The notes: generated from the sequence alone by a model not told the origin. 64,000 nt of DNA from Gammaproteobacteria bacterium (GCA_963422205.2 CAXMWX010000011.1:1-64000), one strand, 5' to 3'. Positions 18,037 through 29,214 are shown, counted from the stretch's first letter. Made by a program: numbers and translations.

Positions 18037-19410
18037 CTACATGTCATCCAGCGCAGCAACGGCCTGCTGCAAGGTCGGCACCGCCAGCACGGTCATGTCG
18101 GCTATATCCTGCCGTGGTGCATTGGCCGTGGGTATGATTGCCTTTTTATACCCGTGTTTTACCGCCTCTTTCAGGCGCTCCTGACCATTTTGCACCGGCC
18201 GCAATTCGCCCGACAGCCCCACCTCGCCAAAGACGATCAGCGCTTTATGAAGCGAGCGATGCTGCAAGCTGGAAATGATCGCCACCACGATGGCGAGATC
18301 AGCCGCCGTCTCGGTCAGTTTGACCCCACCGGCCACATTCACATACACATCCTGATCAAAGGTGGCGATCCCCACATGCCGGTGTAACACCGCCAACAAC
18401 ATCGCCAGGCGGTTATGTTCCAGGCCAACTGTCACCCGCCGTGGATTGCCCAGGGATGAGCTGTCAACCAGCGCCTGCACTTCAACCAGCAATGGCCGGG
18501 TGCCCTCACGGGTGACCAGGATAACCGTCCCTGGCACATCATGATCATAGCCCGATAAAAAAATTGCTGACGGGTTGGTGACTTCTTTCAGCCCCTTGTC
18601 TGTCATGGCAAATACGCCCAGCTCATTCACCGGGCCGTAACGATTTTTCACCGCCCGCAACAGGCGATAGCGGCTGTTGGTATCGCCTTCAAAATACAAC
18701 ACCGTATCCACCATGTGTTCTAACACACGCGGCCCGGCCAGGCTGCCTTCCTTGGTGACATGCCCGACCAAAAATACACTGGTGTGGTGGTGTTTGGCAT
18801 AGCGCACCAGGCGAGCCGCACATTCCCGCACCTGGGCGATTGAGCCGGGTGCCGATTGCAGGCTATCGGAAAACACGGTTTGAATTGAGTCGATCACCAG
18901 CACCTCTGGTCTATGGGCAATGGCCGTGTGCAGAATGTTTTCCAACTGATTTTCGGCCAATACCAGTATGTCATCTTTTGCCAGTTCCAGTCTGGCGGCG
19001 CGCAGGTATATCTGCTGTATGGATTCTTCCGCACTGACATACAGCGTGCGGAGATCCGCCTGTTCACTCAAGGCGGCCAGTGCCTGTATCAGCAGGGTTG
19101 ATTTGCCAATGCCGGGATCGCCGCCTATCAAAATGACCGAGCCATTCACCAGCCCCTGCCCCAGTGCGCGATCCAACTCGGACAGGCCGGTGGCAATACA
19201 CGGCTGCTCTACGCCATTAACCTCATCCAGGGTCATGACCTGGCTGCTCCCCGCCAGTGATTGAAAACGCTCGCTGATGGGTGATTTTTTCTCGACGATG
19301 ACTTCACGCAGGCTGTTCCATGCCTGGCAGTCCGGGCACTGCCCCGCCCATTTCGCCACGCTGCTGTCGCATTCGCTGCACTGATATTGCGTCTTAATGC
19401 GGCTCGCCAT
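18037..19410 (-). CDS. radA: DNA repair protein RadA/Sms
   Basis: C4 zinc finger, GDPGIGKST and KNRYG. Start set at MASRIK. Confidence 0.97.
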   Translation of the reverse strand: MASRIKTQYQCSECDSSVAKWAGQCPDCQAWNSLREVIVEKKSPISERFQSLAGSSQVMTLDEVNGVEQPCIATGLSELDRALGQGLVNGSVILIGGDPGIGKSTLLIQALAALSEQADLRTLYVSAEESIQQIYLRAARLELAKDDILVLAENQLENILHTAIAHRPEVLVIDSIQTVFSDSLQSAPGSIAQVRECAARLVRYAKHHHTSVFLVGHVTKEGSLAGPRVLEHMVDTVLYFEGDTNSRYRLLRAVKNRYGPVNELGVFAMTDKGLKEVTNPSAIFLSGYDHDVPGTVILVTREGTRPLLVEVQALVDSSSLGNPRRVTVGLEHNRLAMLLAVLHRHVGIATFDQDVYVNVAGGVKLTETAADLAIVVAIISSLQHRSLHKALIVFGEVGLSGELRPVQNGQERLKEAVKHGYKKAIIPTANAPRQDIADMTVLAVPTLQQAVAALDDM

Positions 19411-20482
19411 GTTCAACGAACTCCAGCCGCTTGTGTACCGAGCACAGTATCTCATAGGGCACTGTGCCGGCATGTTGCGCCAGCTCCTCTACCGGCAGCC
19501 CCGGCCCCCACAAGATGACTTTTGCACCGGGCCTGGCCGCCGGACAGCTTCGCAAATCGACTGTCAGCATATCCATCGAGGCATAACCCACCGTGCTGCA
19601 ATGTTTGCCATCGACCAGCACAGGCGTGCCGGAGCGTGCATGCCTGGGGAAACCATCGCCATAGCCGGCCGCCACGATGCCGACCGGCATATCCACCGGG
19701 CAACGCCAACTGGCGCCATAGCCGACGGGCTCGCCCTGGCGCAAATGTTTAACGGCGATCAATGCAGACTGAAACATCATGGCCGGCATTAACTGATAAT
19801 CTGCCGCCTGTTTGCCGTCCACGGCAGAGACGCCATACAGGATCAGCCCGGGCCTGACCCAGTCATAAAAACTGTCCGGCCAGGCCAGCACGGCGGCCGA
19901 GTTAGCCAGTGATTTTTCATAATCATGGCGGTGCGTGAGATCAGCGAAACAACGCAACTGCGCCCTGGCCAGCGGGCTGTCCGGCACATTGGCGGTGGCG
20001 AGATGCGACATCAGATGCAGCCGATGAATATACTCATCACAGGAGGCGATATCAGCCAGCAGTTCGGTGAACGCTGTCGGTGAGAAACCCAGCCTATGCA
20101 TACCGGTATCCACCTTCAACCAGACATTAAAGGCCGCACCCGGCCGGGCCTGCTTGAGAAAAGCCAGTTGTTCGTCGGTGTGGATGACGATATCCAGCGC
20201 CAGTTTTTCTATATCAGGCAGTTCAGCAGCGGCATACGGGCCTTCCAGCAGCAGAATTTTTTGCCTTATTCCGGCCGCCCGCAGTTGCTCTGCTTCCTCA
20301 ATACAGGCCACGCCGAAACCATCGGCCTGTTGCAGCGCCCGGGCAACCCGTTCAATCCCGTGACCGTAGGCATCGGTCTTGACAACGGCGAGTATCTTGC
20401 AGCCAGGTGTGCGTCTTCGAATGATGGCCAGGTTATGTTTCAGGGCAGCCAGATTGATCAAGACCTTTGCAGGCCGGCTCAT
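19394..20482 (-). CDS. alr: Alanine racemase
   Basis: AVVKTDAYGHG, DTGMHRLG and GYGDG. Confidence 0.97.
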   Translation of the reverse strand: MSRPAKVLINLAALKHNLAIIRRRTPGCKILAVVKTDAYGHGIERVARALQQADGFGVACIEEAEQLRAAGIRQKILLLEGPYAAAELPDIEKLALDIVIHTDEQLAFLKQARPGAAFNVWLKVDTGMHRLGFSPTAFTELLADIASCDEYIHRLHLMSHLATANVPDSPLARAQLRCFADLTHRHDYEKSLANSAAVLAWPDSFYDWVRPGLILYGVSAVDGKQAADYQLMPAMMFQSALIAVKHLRQGEPVGYGASWRCPVDMPVGIVAAGYGDGFPRHARSGTPVLVDGKHCSTVGYASMDMLTVDLRSCPAARPGAKVILWGPGLPVEELAQHAGTVPYEILCSVHKRLEFVEHGEPH

Positions 20483-22896
20483 TCATTCATGCTCCGCATA
20501 AAAGGCTGTTCAGGAATGTAGTTTTCAAAGCGGGTGTGCTGGCTGAGGAAGGCCAGCTTGACAGCGCCGATCGGGCCATTGCGCTGTTTGCTGATAATGA
20601 TCTCGGCCAACCCTTTATCCGGGCTCTCCTCATCGTACACTTCGTCACGGTAAATAAACACAATCACATCGGCATCCTGCTCTATTGCCCCGGACTCGCG
20701 CAGATCTGACATCACTGGCCGTTTGTTTGGCCGCTGCTCCAGGCTGCGATTTAACTGCGACAAGGCAATGACCGGCAGGCTCAACTCTTTTGCCATGGCT
20801 TTCAGCGAGCGGGATATCTCGGATATCTCGATCGCCCGGTTCTCCGTGGTGCCGGGTACCTGCATTAATTGCAGATAATCAACGATCACCATGTCCAGGC
20901 CATGCTCGCGATAGATACGGCGGCAGGAGGCACGCAGCTCGGCCGGGGTAAGCGCCGGGGTATCATCAATAAACAGCCGGGCATCCTTGAGTATCTCAAC
21001 CGCTGAGGTCAGGCGCGGCCAATCATCATCGTTGAGCTTGCCAGTGCGTACCTTCTGCTGATTGATCCTGCCAAGCGATGACATCATACGCATCGCCAGT
21101 TGCTCGCCCGGCATCTCCATGCTGAACACCGCCACCGATTTTTTTTCCTTGATGACGGCATGTTCGGCAATATTGATCGCCAGCGCCGTGTTATGCGTGA
21201 CCACATAATCATCAGTCAAGTAGAGTTTGTCCGGGTGCGTGACGGCAATACACTGCGCCTCGGCCTGCCTTGCAAATTCTATGGAGTGAATGACTGGCAT
21301 GGTGCGTTTTTTTATGTCGACAATGCGGCGGGATTTTTTTGCTTCGGCTGAAAATAACAACGCCGGTTGGTGATACTGTATCTCGGCTCTCCAGCCTGCC
21401 CTGCCCCGTTGCCTGTCATATCGTTGTTCTCCATGATGAGGATCAAATGCTGGCGGCGGTTCTCTCCTCGCCCACCCGCCTACCGAGCGAACCAGCTCAA
21501 TGACATCATCAACCAGACGCTCGCTGAGGGCAGCAAAACCCACACCATCCTGTGATTCAATCCAGCCGCCTGTACCCAGCAGGCCCCGCAGCATCGCCAG
21601 GCGTGCCGGCCTGGCGGCCGTTTTATACAACACCGGTATGTAGAGCGACTCGGCGGCCAGATGCCATAAGCCCAATGCCTGTAGCGCATCTTGCAGGCCG
21701 CTCGACCAGAGGGTGCGCTCCAGCAGGGCGTGCTGTGCGCTTACGGCAGCATTACCGCCTGTGGCGTGCCGTTGATACGCCGTCCCCGAACAGGCGGATA
21801 ATGGCTCGCACAAATCCGGGGCGGCGGCAAGATGGCCTGTGCCGAGCATGGCCCCCAGCACCCGGGGAGGCAGTGGCAGGACAACCTGATGCCCGAACTC
21901 GCCGTTACACTGGTCTATCCACAGCCGTCCCTGATAGCATCTCTCACTCAAATATTGCTGAATCTGGCGGGTGGATAACACGCGGGGATGAGGCCAGCCC
22001 GCATGATGCACCCGCCATAAATGCTCATGACAGGCTTCTGTGCGGCGACCATCGGAAAACGTCAGGCGATAGATATCCTTGATCCCTTGCGGATAAATTG
22101 CCGCCACCCGGGACTGGCGGCCATCGATCGAAGCCAGTTGATCGCCCATTTTCAGATCACCCATCGCCCGCCAGCCGTCAACCGTGCGGATCCTGGCATC
22201 CAGCGGTTGCGCCTTGCCCATAGAGGGCCGGCCAGCAACGATGATCAAGTCTGAATCCTGTAGACCGGCGGTTTTCTCATCAAGGTCATCAAAGCCGGTC
22301 GCGATACCGGTGATCGGGCTTTGCTTGTGATATAACTCATCCACGCGATCCAGCGCCGTGCCAAGCAGCGTTTTGATCAACGTGTAGGAGCGCCGCCCGC
22401 GGGCCGTTTTCTCGGCAATCTCAAACACAGACTGCTCGGCAAAATCGAGAATTTCATCGCTGTTCCTGCCCATGGGGTTAAAGACAGTCTCATTGATCTC
22501 GCCCGTGGCGGTAATGAGTTGACGTAATACCGAGCGCTTGCGAACGATATCGGCATAGGCCCCGATGTTACTGGCGCTGGGAGTTTTCTCGGCAATCCCG
22601 GCAAGATAAGCCAGACCGCCAGCATCATCCAGCTGCTGGTGTGACTCCAGCCATTCGGCCACGGTCACCAGATCAAACGGCCGGCCGGCATTATCCAGGG
22701 CGGCGATGGCATGATAAATCAGCCGGTGATCCTGACGGTAGAAGTCATCTTCGCTTAAGATCTCAACCACTTTTATCCAGGCATCCCGGTCCAGGAAGAT
22801 GCCGCCTAATACCGCCTGTTCAGCCTCAATGGAATGCGGCGGGATCTTCAGCGACAGGGTCTCTGGGTCAGCCGGCGAATAAGCGGTGTCTGACAT
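20479..22896 (-). CDS. dnaB: Replicative helicase DnaB containing an intein
   Basis: PPHSIEAEQ, GRPSMGK^T, DYLQLM and DLRESGAIEQDAD. Confidence 0.97.
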   Translation of the reverse strand: MSDTAYSPADPETLSLKIPPHSIEAEQAVLGGIFLDRDAWIKVVEILSEDDFYRQDHRLIYHAIAALDNAGRPFDLVTVAEWLESHQQLDDAGGLAYLAGIAEKTPSASNIGAYADIVRKRSVLRQLITATGEINETVFNPMGRNSDEILDFAEQSVFEIAEKTARGRRSYTLIKTLLGTALDRVDELYHKQSPITGIATGFDDLDEKTAGLQDSDLIIVAGRPSMGKAQPLDARIRTVDGWRAMGDLKMGDQLASIDGRQSRVAAIYPQGIKDIYRLTFSDGRRTEACHEHLWRVHHAGWPHPRVLSTRQIQQYLSERCYQGRLWIDQCNGEFGHQVVLPLPPRVLGAMLGTGHLAAAPDLCEPLSACSGTAYQRHATGGNAAVSAQHALLERTLWSSGLQDALQALGLWHLAAESLYIPVLYKTAARPARLAMLRGLLGTGGWIESQDGVGFAALSERLVDDVIELVRSVGGWARREPPPAFDPHHGEQRYDRQRGRAGWRAEIQYHQPALLFSAEAKKSRRIVDIKKRTMPVIHSIEFARQAEAQCIAVTHPDKLYLTDDYVVTHNTALAINIAEHAVIKEKKSVAVFSMEMPGEQLAMRMMSSLGRINQQKVRTGKLNDDDWPRLTSAVEILKDARLFIDDTPALTPAELRASCRRIYREHGLDMVIVDYLQLMQVPGTTENRAIEISEISRSLKAMAKELSLPVIALSQLNRSLEQRPNKRPVMSDLRESGAIEQDADVIVFIYRDEVYDEESPDKGLAEIIISKQRNGPIGAVKLAFLSQHTRFENYIPEQPFMRSMNE
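21190..22212 (-). mobile_element. 341-aa class 3 intein with degenerate LAGLIDADG endonuclease, inserted in the DnaB Walker A motif
   Basis: Starts AQPLD, ends VVTHN/T. WCT signature present: HLW, AQCIAV, THN. Confidence 0.9.
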
Positions 22897-22917
22897 GGGT
22901 GTTTACGTCAAACCGGA

Positions 22918-23370
22918 TCAGTCGCCTTCGGCAACAACATGCAGTGTGATCGTGGCATCCACCTCGGTGTAGAGATGCAGGTCGACATCATAGTCCCCCA
23001 GCATACGAAACGGCCCGTCAGGCAGCCTGACTTCCTGCTTGTTCAGCACCACCCCGGCCTCGGTAACGGTGCTGGCGATATCGGCGCTGTTGACCGAGCC
23101 GAACAGCTTGCCTTCAGCACCGGCTTTTCGGGCAATCGTAATCTCTAACGTGTTCAGTTTCTCTGCCCGTGCCGTTGCTGAGGTTAAGGCATCGGCCTGT
23201 GTACGTTCCAGTTCAGCCCGCCGGGCTTCAAACCGGGCGATATTTTCGCCGCTGGCAACAACCGCCTTGCCCTGGGGAATCAGGTAGTTTCTGCCATAAC
23301 CTGGCTTGACCTTCACCTGATCGCCCAACTCGCCCAGTTTGCGTATTCTCTCCAGCAGGATAACGTCCAT
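22918..23370 (-). CDS. rplI: 50S ribosomal protein L9
   Basis: MDVILLERI...[18 protein letters not shown]. Confidence 0.97.
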   Translation of the reverse strand: MDVILLERIRKLGELGDQVKVKPGYGRNYLIPQGKAVVASGENIARFEARRAELERTQADALTSATARAEKLNTLEITIARKAGAEGKLFGSVNSADIASTVTEAGVVLNKQEVRLPDGPFRMLGDYDVDLHLYTEVDATITLHVVAEGD

Positions 23371-23465
23371 CGTAACGACCTCGTGTGTTATAAATTTCGA
23401 AGGCACAAAAAAAGACACAGCAGGGGAAAAATCATATCACTAATCCCCGGTGGCCGATATGCCGG

Positions 23466-24368
23466 CTACTGCCGATCATCATCGCCCTTGCTGTCAGCCT
23501 TTGTCCGCCAGGTATGAGCGAGACCAAGACAGGCGATCAGCAGGATCATTTGCGGCAGCAACAATAAACAATACATGGCAACCAGCCAGCCCCTGTGCAT
23601 GTTGTTGGTACTGACAAACCGGTGGGCAACCGACAGGCCCAGGACGGCATACAGTAGCAGCAAGATGACCATGAGGTCTCGTAACCACAGCGGCGTCAGC
23701 TGAGGCTGTAATACCATCATGATGACGATCACCAGCGTGAGATAAGCCAGCGGCCTTGGCAGCCTCAAGCGGTAGAATTCTGCCCGGAACCCGCCCGGAT
23801 TGAATAACAACGCCTGCCACCAGCGGGCAAACAACATGGTCATGACCAGGTTGACAAACAGGCAGGAGATGAATACGGTGGTGATTAACGGGCTGGTCAC
23901 TTCATAGATTTCCTGCAAGCGTGCCGCCATCTGTGCATCTACGGCAACCGCCTGCAACTCCTGAAACCATTGCTGCCACCAATACATCAGCTGCTCTCGC
24001 ATTGAATGTATGTACAGCAAAAATACCAGGCATACCGCCCCGGCCGCCAACAACATCAGCCCCTGTGCCTGCCCGGTACGCAATACAACCGAACACACCA
24101 CCACCGGCAGCCAGACGATGGCAGCAAAGCTGGTCGGCAGGACAGGGGTCAGCTTCAGCAGGCTGGTCAGTAATAACAGCACCAGCAGACTGCCAAGCAA
24201 CACCTGTATGCCCGCACTGCCGCCCTGGCGCAGACTCACCAGTGCCAGCGGGGCGCCGCTTAACATGTAGGCCAATGGCGAGAGTAACTGTGATAACACA
24301 GTCAGCAGAGTGGTGACGGCAATCGCATGAAGGCGGCTGTGCAGAAGAAAATTAGCCAGTGAATACAT
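23466..24368 (-). CDS. DUF2232/YybS-like membrane protein
   Basis: ARWWQALLFNPGGFRAEF. Usual position between rpsR and rplI. Confidence 0.8.
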   Translation of the reverse strand: MYSLANFLLHSRLHAIAVTTLLTVLSQLLSPLAYMLSGAPLALVSLRQGGSAGIQVLLGSLLVLLLLTSLLKLTPVLPTSFAAIVWLPVVVCSVVLRTGQAQGLMLLAAGAVCLVFLLYIHSMREQLMYWWQQWFQELQAVAVDAQMAARLQEIYEVTSPLITTVFISCLFVNLVMTMLFARWWQALLFNPGGFRAEFYRLRLPRPLAYLTLVIVIMMVLQPQLTPLWLRDLMVILLLLYAVLGLSVAHRFVSTNNMHRGWLVAMYCLLLLPQMILLIACLGLAHTWRTKADSKGDDDRQ

Positions 24369-24421
24369 GGGTTCTGCCGCTTGCTTGGCTGACGGTCGGC
24401 AATAGCAAAGGGACTGATCAG

Positions 24422-24646
24422 TTAATGCGAATCACTGTAAGGCAGCAACGCAAGATAGCGTGCCCGCTTGATGGCCGTTGCCAGTTGCCGCTGGTATTTT
24501 GCCTTGGTGCCGGATATCCGGCTGGGGACGATCTTGCCTGTCTCGGTGATGTACTGTTCGAGTATGTGCAGGTCTTTGTAATCGATCTCGGTAATGCCCT
24601 CAGCGGTGAATTTGCAGTAGCGCTTTCTACGGAAATAACGTGACAT
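24422..24646 (-). CDS. rpsR: 30S ribosomal protein S18
   Basis: [16 protein letters not shown] and [10 protein letters not shown]. Confidence 0.98.
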   Translation of the reverse strand: MSRYFRRKRYCKFTAEGITEIDYKDLHILEQYITETGKIVPSRISGTKAKYQRQLATAIKRARYLALLPYSDSH

Positions 24647-24649
24647 GAT

Positions 24650-25213
24650 CTACTCCCCCCTGGCCTCAGTAATAGCGGCTTCAGCAACGGCTTGTTCAGA
24701 TGGCTTCTCTTCAGTATCGACAGTCTCAGTCTCTGGCCCTGGCTCCTCTCCCGCCGCCTCATCCGGCCCGCCCTGTTTATTCTCCTCAATATTTTTTCCC
24801 CGAGTATTTTTCTCTGGGGTATTTTCCTGCTGGCCATCGGGTTGCTGATCACCTCGTTCCTGGGCAACATCGGGGCGGGTATTGTCTTCCTCTTCCTTGC
24901 TTCTGGCGAGCACAGATCGCCCGGTTATCGCCTTGTCCTTTTTGATAATCAGATCCCTGATAACCGCATCATTAAAACGAAACGCACTCTCTAATTGATT
25001 CAACGTGGCCTGATCGCATTCAATGTTCATCAGCACGTAGTGCGCTTTATGTATTTTGTTGATGGGAAAAGCAAGAATACGACGACCCCAGTCTTCCAGG
25101 CGGTGAAGGGTACCATCGGCAGATTCGATCATGGCACTGTACCGATCTATCATCGCCGGCACCTGCTCGCTCTGATCCGGATGGACCAAAAACACGATCT
25201 CATAATGTCTCAT
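24650..25213 (-). CDS. rpsF: 30S ribosomal protein S6 with long acidic tail
   Basis: [24 protein letters not shown]. Confidence 0.98.
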   Translation of the reverse strand: MRHYEIVFLVHPDQSEQVPAMIDRYSAMIESADGTLHRLEDWGRRILAFPINKIHKAHYVLMNIECDQATLNQLESAFRFNDAVIRDLIIKKDKAITGRSVLARSKEEEDNTRPDVAQERGDQQPDGQQENTPEKNTRGKNIEENKQGGPDEAAGEEPGPETETVDTEEKPSEQAVAEAAITEARGE

Positions 25214-25350
25214 GCTTGTATCCTCATGGCAGTAAGCCTCCCATCGGGTATGTGGTGAGGCAAGGATTGAAAGCGCATTATCTTAGGGTAGAAGGGTAAC
25301 GATTGCAACACGGCTGTCCTGCCCCCGTCTGGCTGGCAAGAGACGGGCGC

Positions 25351-26112
25351 TCAGGGGCAAGCCCTCATCACCGCCTGCCGACTTCGAAGTTGATAAAGAC
25401 AGACACCGGTGGCCACCGAGACATTCAGGCTGGCAACCTCGCCCAGCATCGGAATACGCACCAGATAGTCACATTGCTGGCGGGTGTTGTGTCTAAGACC
25501 TGAACCCTCAGCCCCCATGACCATAACAAGCGGCTGCTCTGGCAGGAAATCAAACAGGCTCATACTCGCCTTCTCATCCGCCCCTGCCACCCAGTAACCG
25601 GCTTCTTTGAGTTGTTTTAATGCCCGGGAAAGATTCGTGACCACGATCATATTCATCGTTTCAACAGCACCACAGGCCACTTTTCGCACGCTGGCATTTA
25701 CCGGTGCCGAGTTATCCCTGGTCAGGATAACCGCCTCAACGCCAGCGGCATTTGCGGTGCGGATACAGGCCCCCAGGTTATGCGAATCCTGCAGGCCATC
25801 CAGGGCAAGGAGAAGTGAGGTTTGTGTGATCGCAGCATCACATAGTTGCTGAATGCTGGTGTTGACGTTTGCCATTCGGGTGCGGGCGAGGATCCCCTGA
25901 TGCCGGGTACTGCCGGTCAGGCGGTTGATCTGTGCTGAACTGATTGCCTGAATCGTGACCGAGCGCGCCCGGCATTGATCGAGGATGGCCTGCAAACGTC
26001 GGGATAATTTTTTCTCCTTGACAAAACAGACTTCGAGGATCGAATCCGGCCGGCTGTCAAGCACCTGTGCGACTGTGTGATAGCCATAAATGTAATCCGC
26101 CCGTTTGCTCAT
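25351..26112 (-). CDS. rlmB: 23S rRNA Gm2251 methyltransferase
   Basis: HQGI, DSHNLGAC, GAEGSGLR and SLNVSVA. ATGA overlap with rnr. Confidence 0.95.
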   Translation of the reverse strand: MSKRADYIYGYHTVAQVLDSRPDSILEVCFVKEKKLSRRLQAILDQCRARSVTIQAISSAQINRLTGSTRHQGILARTRMANVNTSIQQLCDAAITQTSLLLALDGLQDSHNLGACIRTANAAGVEAVILTRDNSAPVNASVRKVACGAVETMNMIVVTNLSRALKQLKEAGYWVAGADEKASMSLFDFLPEQPLVMVMGAEGSGLRHNTRQQCDYLVRIPMLGEVASLNVSVATGVCLYQLRSRQAVMRACP

Positions 26113-28232
26113 CGTCTCGGCAGACACTCCAGATCAATCTTGCGCTCATCTGCATTCACCTGGATGACCTCAACCCGAATTCGATCGCCTAAATAATAAC
26201 GCCTGCCGTTCGCTTCCCCGGTCAGGCTGTGGGTGATTGGATCAAAGTGATAATAATCCCTGGGCAGACGGGTGACGTGGATCAAGCCTTCCACACAGAC
26301 ATCGTCAAGTTCCACAAACAGGCCGAAGCCGGTCACCCCGGAGACCGTGCCGTGATACCGGTTACCCACCTTGTCCAGCATGAATTCACATTTCATGCGC
26401 TGGCTGACATCACGGGTCGCCTCATCTGCCCGTCGTTCGGTCATGCCGGCATGAGCGCCCAGTTGATGTATCTCCGTTGCCGTATAATGGCCGGGCTGTT
26501 TTTGCTTGAGCAAACGGCGGATGGCGCGATGTGCCAGCAAATCGGGATAGCGCCGTATGGGCGAGGTGAAGTGTGTGTAAGCGGCAAATGCCAGGCCAAA
26601 ATGCCCTTTGTTTTTCGCCTCATAAACGGCCAGCGGCAGGCTACGCAATAACACGGTTTCAATCAGGCGTTTATCGTCCCGGCTCTGAACAAGCGCCATG
26701 ATCCTGGCATAATCCCGGGTTTTCGGCGCCATGCCGCCAGCCAGTTGCAGACCAAGCCCACCCAGAAACGCATTTAACTGGGTTATCTTTTCTTCGGCCG
26801 GGCGATCATGGTTTCGAAACAGTACCGGCAGCTTCGCCTGTAGTAACGATTCGGCGGTTGCAACGTTGGCAGCCAGCATAAACTCTTCAATTAACCGATG
26901 TGCATCATTTCGGCTGAGGGCATGAATATCGACAATCTGTCCCTCGGCATCAAACTGCATGACCGTCTCAGTCGTTGCGAAATCAAGCAGGCCCAGATCG
27001 GCACGGCGGGCGTGCATCGCCTGGTATAAGGTGTGCAGCAGGCCGATCTCCTTGGCCATGCCGTGCGCTTTGTCTCTGCCCTGTATGACCTTATCGACCT
27101 CATCATAAGTCAGCCGGGCAACTGAGCGTATGATGGCCGGATAAAATTCATGCCCCTCCACCCTGCCACAATCGCTGACCGCCAGCTCACACACCATGGC
27201 ATAGCGGTTGGCCGCCGGTTTCAGCGAGCAGAGTTCATTGGCGAGCTTCTCCGGCAGCATGGGGATCACGCGGTTCGGGAAATACACCGAGTTACCCCGT
27301 AAGGCGGCCTCTTGGTCGAGGGCCGTGCCGGCTTTGACATAATGGGAAACATCGGCAATCGCCACCAGCAAACGCCAGCTTCCACCATCACGCCGACAGT
27401 AAACCGCATCGTCAAAGTCCTCTGCCTTGGCACCGTCAATCGTAACAAAGGGCAGCGTACGCAGATCACGCCGCTGTTTATTTGCCTTGATGGTGGTTGA
27501 TAAGCCATCCGCTTCAGCCAGCACCTCATCAGGCCAGCGGTGCGGTATATCATAAGCACGTAACGCAATATCCACCGCCATATCAATAGAGGAGGTATTG
27601 CCAAGCACTTCAATCACGCCGCCGATGGGTTGTGTGTGTTTGTCCGGCTGTCTGGTGATTTCTGCCACGACCACATCGCCCTGCCTGGCACCCAGAGTCT
27701 TGTCAGACGGGATGAGGATATCCTGATGAATGCGCCTGTTATCCGGCACCAGAAAACCGATACTTTGCTCTCGGTAATATTTGCCAACGACAGTGTTATT
27801 GGCCGCCTCGATGGTTTCAACGATCAGTGCCTCACGCCGCCCATGCCGGTCAATCCCCCCCTGCCTGACGATGACATGATCACCATGCAGCACCTTACGC
27901 ATCTCACGCAGGGACAGATACAAGTCATCCCCCCCCTCATCCGGGCGGATGAAGCCATAGCCATCAGGATGCGCCATGATGCGGCCTGCGATGAGATCCA
28001 TTTTATTTAACAAGCTGTATCCCTCGCGACGATTGCGGACGATTTGACCATCACGCAGCATCGCTTTAAGACGCTTGTTCAATGCCGCTCGCTCGGCCGA
28101 GGTGACGACCTTGAGCGCCTGGGCTATCTCATCGAGCTGCTTCGGGGCGCGGGATTTTTTCAATAAACGCAGGATGTCTTTGCGTTGCGGGATGGTGACG
28201 GCATACTGTGCCTGTGGTTTCCGATTGGGCAT
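26109..28232 (-). CDS. rnr: Ribonuclease R
   Basis: HPDGYGF, TIDG..DFDDAV, HFTSPIRRYPD and an S1 domain. Confidence 0.96.
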   Translation of the reverse strand: MPNRKPQAQYAVTIPQRKDILRLLKKSRAPKQLDEIAQALKVVTSAERAALNKRLKAMLRDGQIVRNRREGYSLLNKMDLIAGRIMAHPDGYGFIRPDEGGDDLYLSLREMRKVLHGDHVIVRQGGIDRHGRREALIVETIEAANNTVVGKYYREQSIGFLVPDNRRIHQDILIPSDKTLGARQGDVVVAEITRQPDKHTQPIGGVIEVLGNTSSIDMAVDIALRAYDIPHRWPDEVLAEADGLSTTIKANKQRRDLRTLPFVTIDGAKAEDFDDAVYCRRDGGSWRLLVAIADVSHYVKAGTALDQEAALRGNSVYFPNRVIPMLPEKLANELCSLKPAANRYAMVCELAVSDCGRVEGHEFYPAIIRSVARLTYDEVDKVIQGRDKAHGMAKEIGLLHTLYQAMHARRADLGLLDFATTETVMQFDAEGQIVDIHALSRNDAHRLIEEFMLAANVATAESLLQAKLPVLFRNHDRPAEEKITQLNAFLGGLGLQLAGGMAPKTRDYARIMALVQSRDDKRLIETVLLRSLPLAVYEAKNKGHFGLAFAAYTHFTSPIRRYPDLLAHRAIRRLLKQKQPGHYTATEIHQLGAHAGMTERRADEATRDVSQRMKCEFMLDKVGNRYHGTVSGVTGFGLFVELDDVCVEGLIHVTRLPRDYYHFDPITHSLTGEANGRRYYLGDRIRVEVIQVNADERKIDLECLPRR

Positions 28233-28340
28233 GGCTTATCATTGACAAGGGGTGGTGTGGTCGGTAAAGTCCGCCGACTGCAAGGCCAAGTATGTCATAG
28301 AATAGAGGAATGTGTGGTATCTATTTTACCTGCAACTCAT

Positions 28341-28427
28341 GCCGAGGTGGCGGAATTGGTAGACGCGCTAGCTTCAGGTGCTAGTGGGGGCAACCCCGTG
28401 GAGGTTCAAGTCCTCTCCTCGGCACCA
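28341..28427 (+). tRNA. tRNA-Leu(CAG)
   Basis: GCCGAGG/CCTCGGC acceptor stem, anticodon loop TTCAGGT, long variable arm, GTTCAAG T-loop and encoded CCA. Confidence 0.97.
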
Positions 28428-28589
28428 CCATCTAGCTGTCGGGATGGTAATGGGCGCACAAGTTGATTTAACTTCTCTCATCTGCCATCTCGTGATAATA
28501 GCCCTGGTGTCAAGCGCCTTGTGCCTGATTAATAATGCAGCGGATGCTGATAGAAGTAGAAGCCCACGAACTGCACCTGAACCGTGCGG

Positions 28590-29214
28590 TTAGCTGGATT
28601 TAAGTAGAGGCTCGAAAATTTTATCCAGGTGGCTTTCACATTGACGCGCTGTCAAGATTCCGAATCTGGAGAGATGGGGCACACGTACCATCATTGCCCC
28701 GTTATCAAACCCGTAGTGATACGCATATTTGCATGCGACATTGCCCCAGCCCGTTTCCACACTTTTCTTTATCATTGTCTTTGGTAGCACCTTGAGGATA
28801 GCTTCTGCTGGGTCCTTGCCGACACAGATAATCTTTTTGGGCCTGTACTGCTTAAAATACGGTATCCAAATCTCTTTGAGACAAAAATCTATAGTGGCAT
28901 CACGCATTTGCTTATCCATCGTAGACCAGCTTGGATGCCTGTATGGCGAGAGTGGCGCCTGCATCACTTTAAGGGAGCTCCAGTTCAGGAACTCAAACAT
29001 GCGCTGATATTGAGTTTGGAGCGGGCGGCCCCCTTGGGGTCTTCCGCGCCAGCTTTCATGGATATAAGCGCTCTTACCCTCATCAGTAAAGCCGGTCCGA
29101 CCCAAAAGTAGATAAAGGCGAAGCCAGGAAGCGATAGCCACGCCCCAGCTCTTCGTATCCTAAATCTTTATAGCCCCGTTCGATTGTTGCTTTACGATCC
29201 CTGATATTGTTCAT
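28590..29214 (-). pseudogene. Uracil-DNA-glycosylase-like superfamily protein, apparently broken by a frameshift or deletion near 29090
   Basis: PKKIICVGK and PHLSRF motifs in 28590-29141. N-terminus MNNIRDRK...GYRFLASP is in another frame from ATG 29214. AT-rich. Confidence 0.5.
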
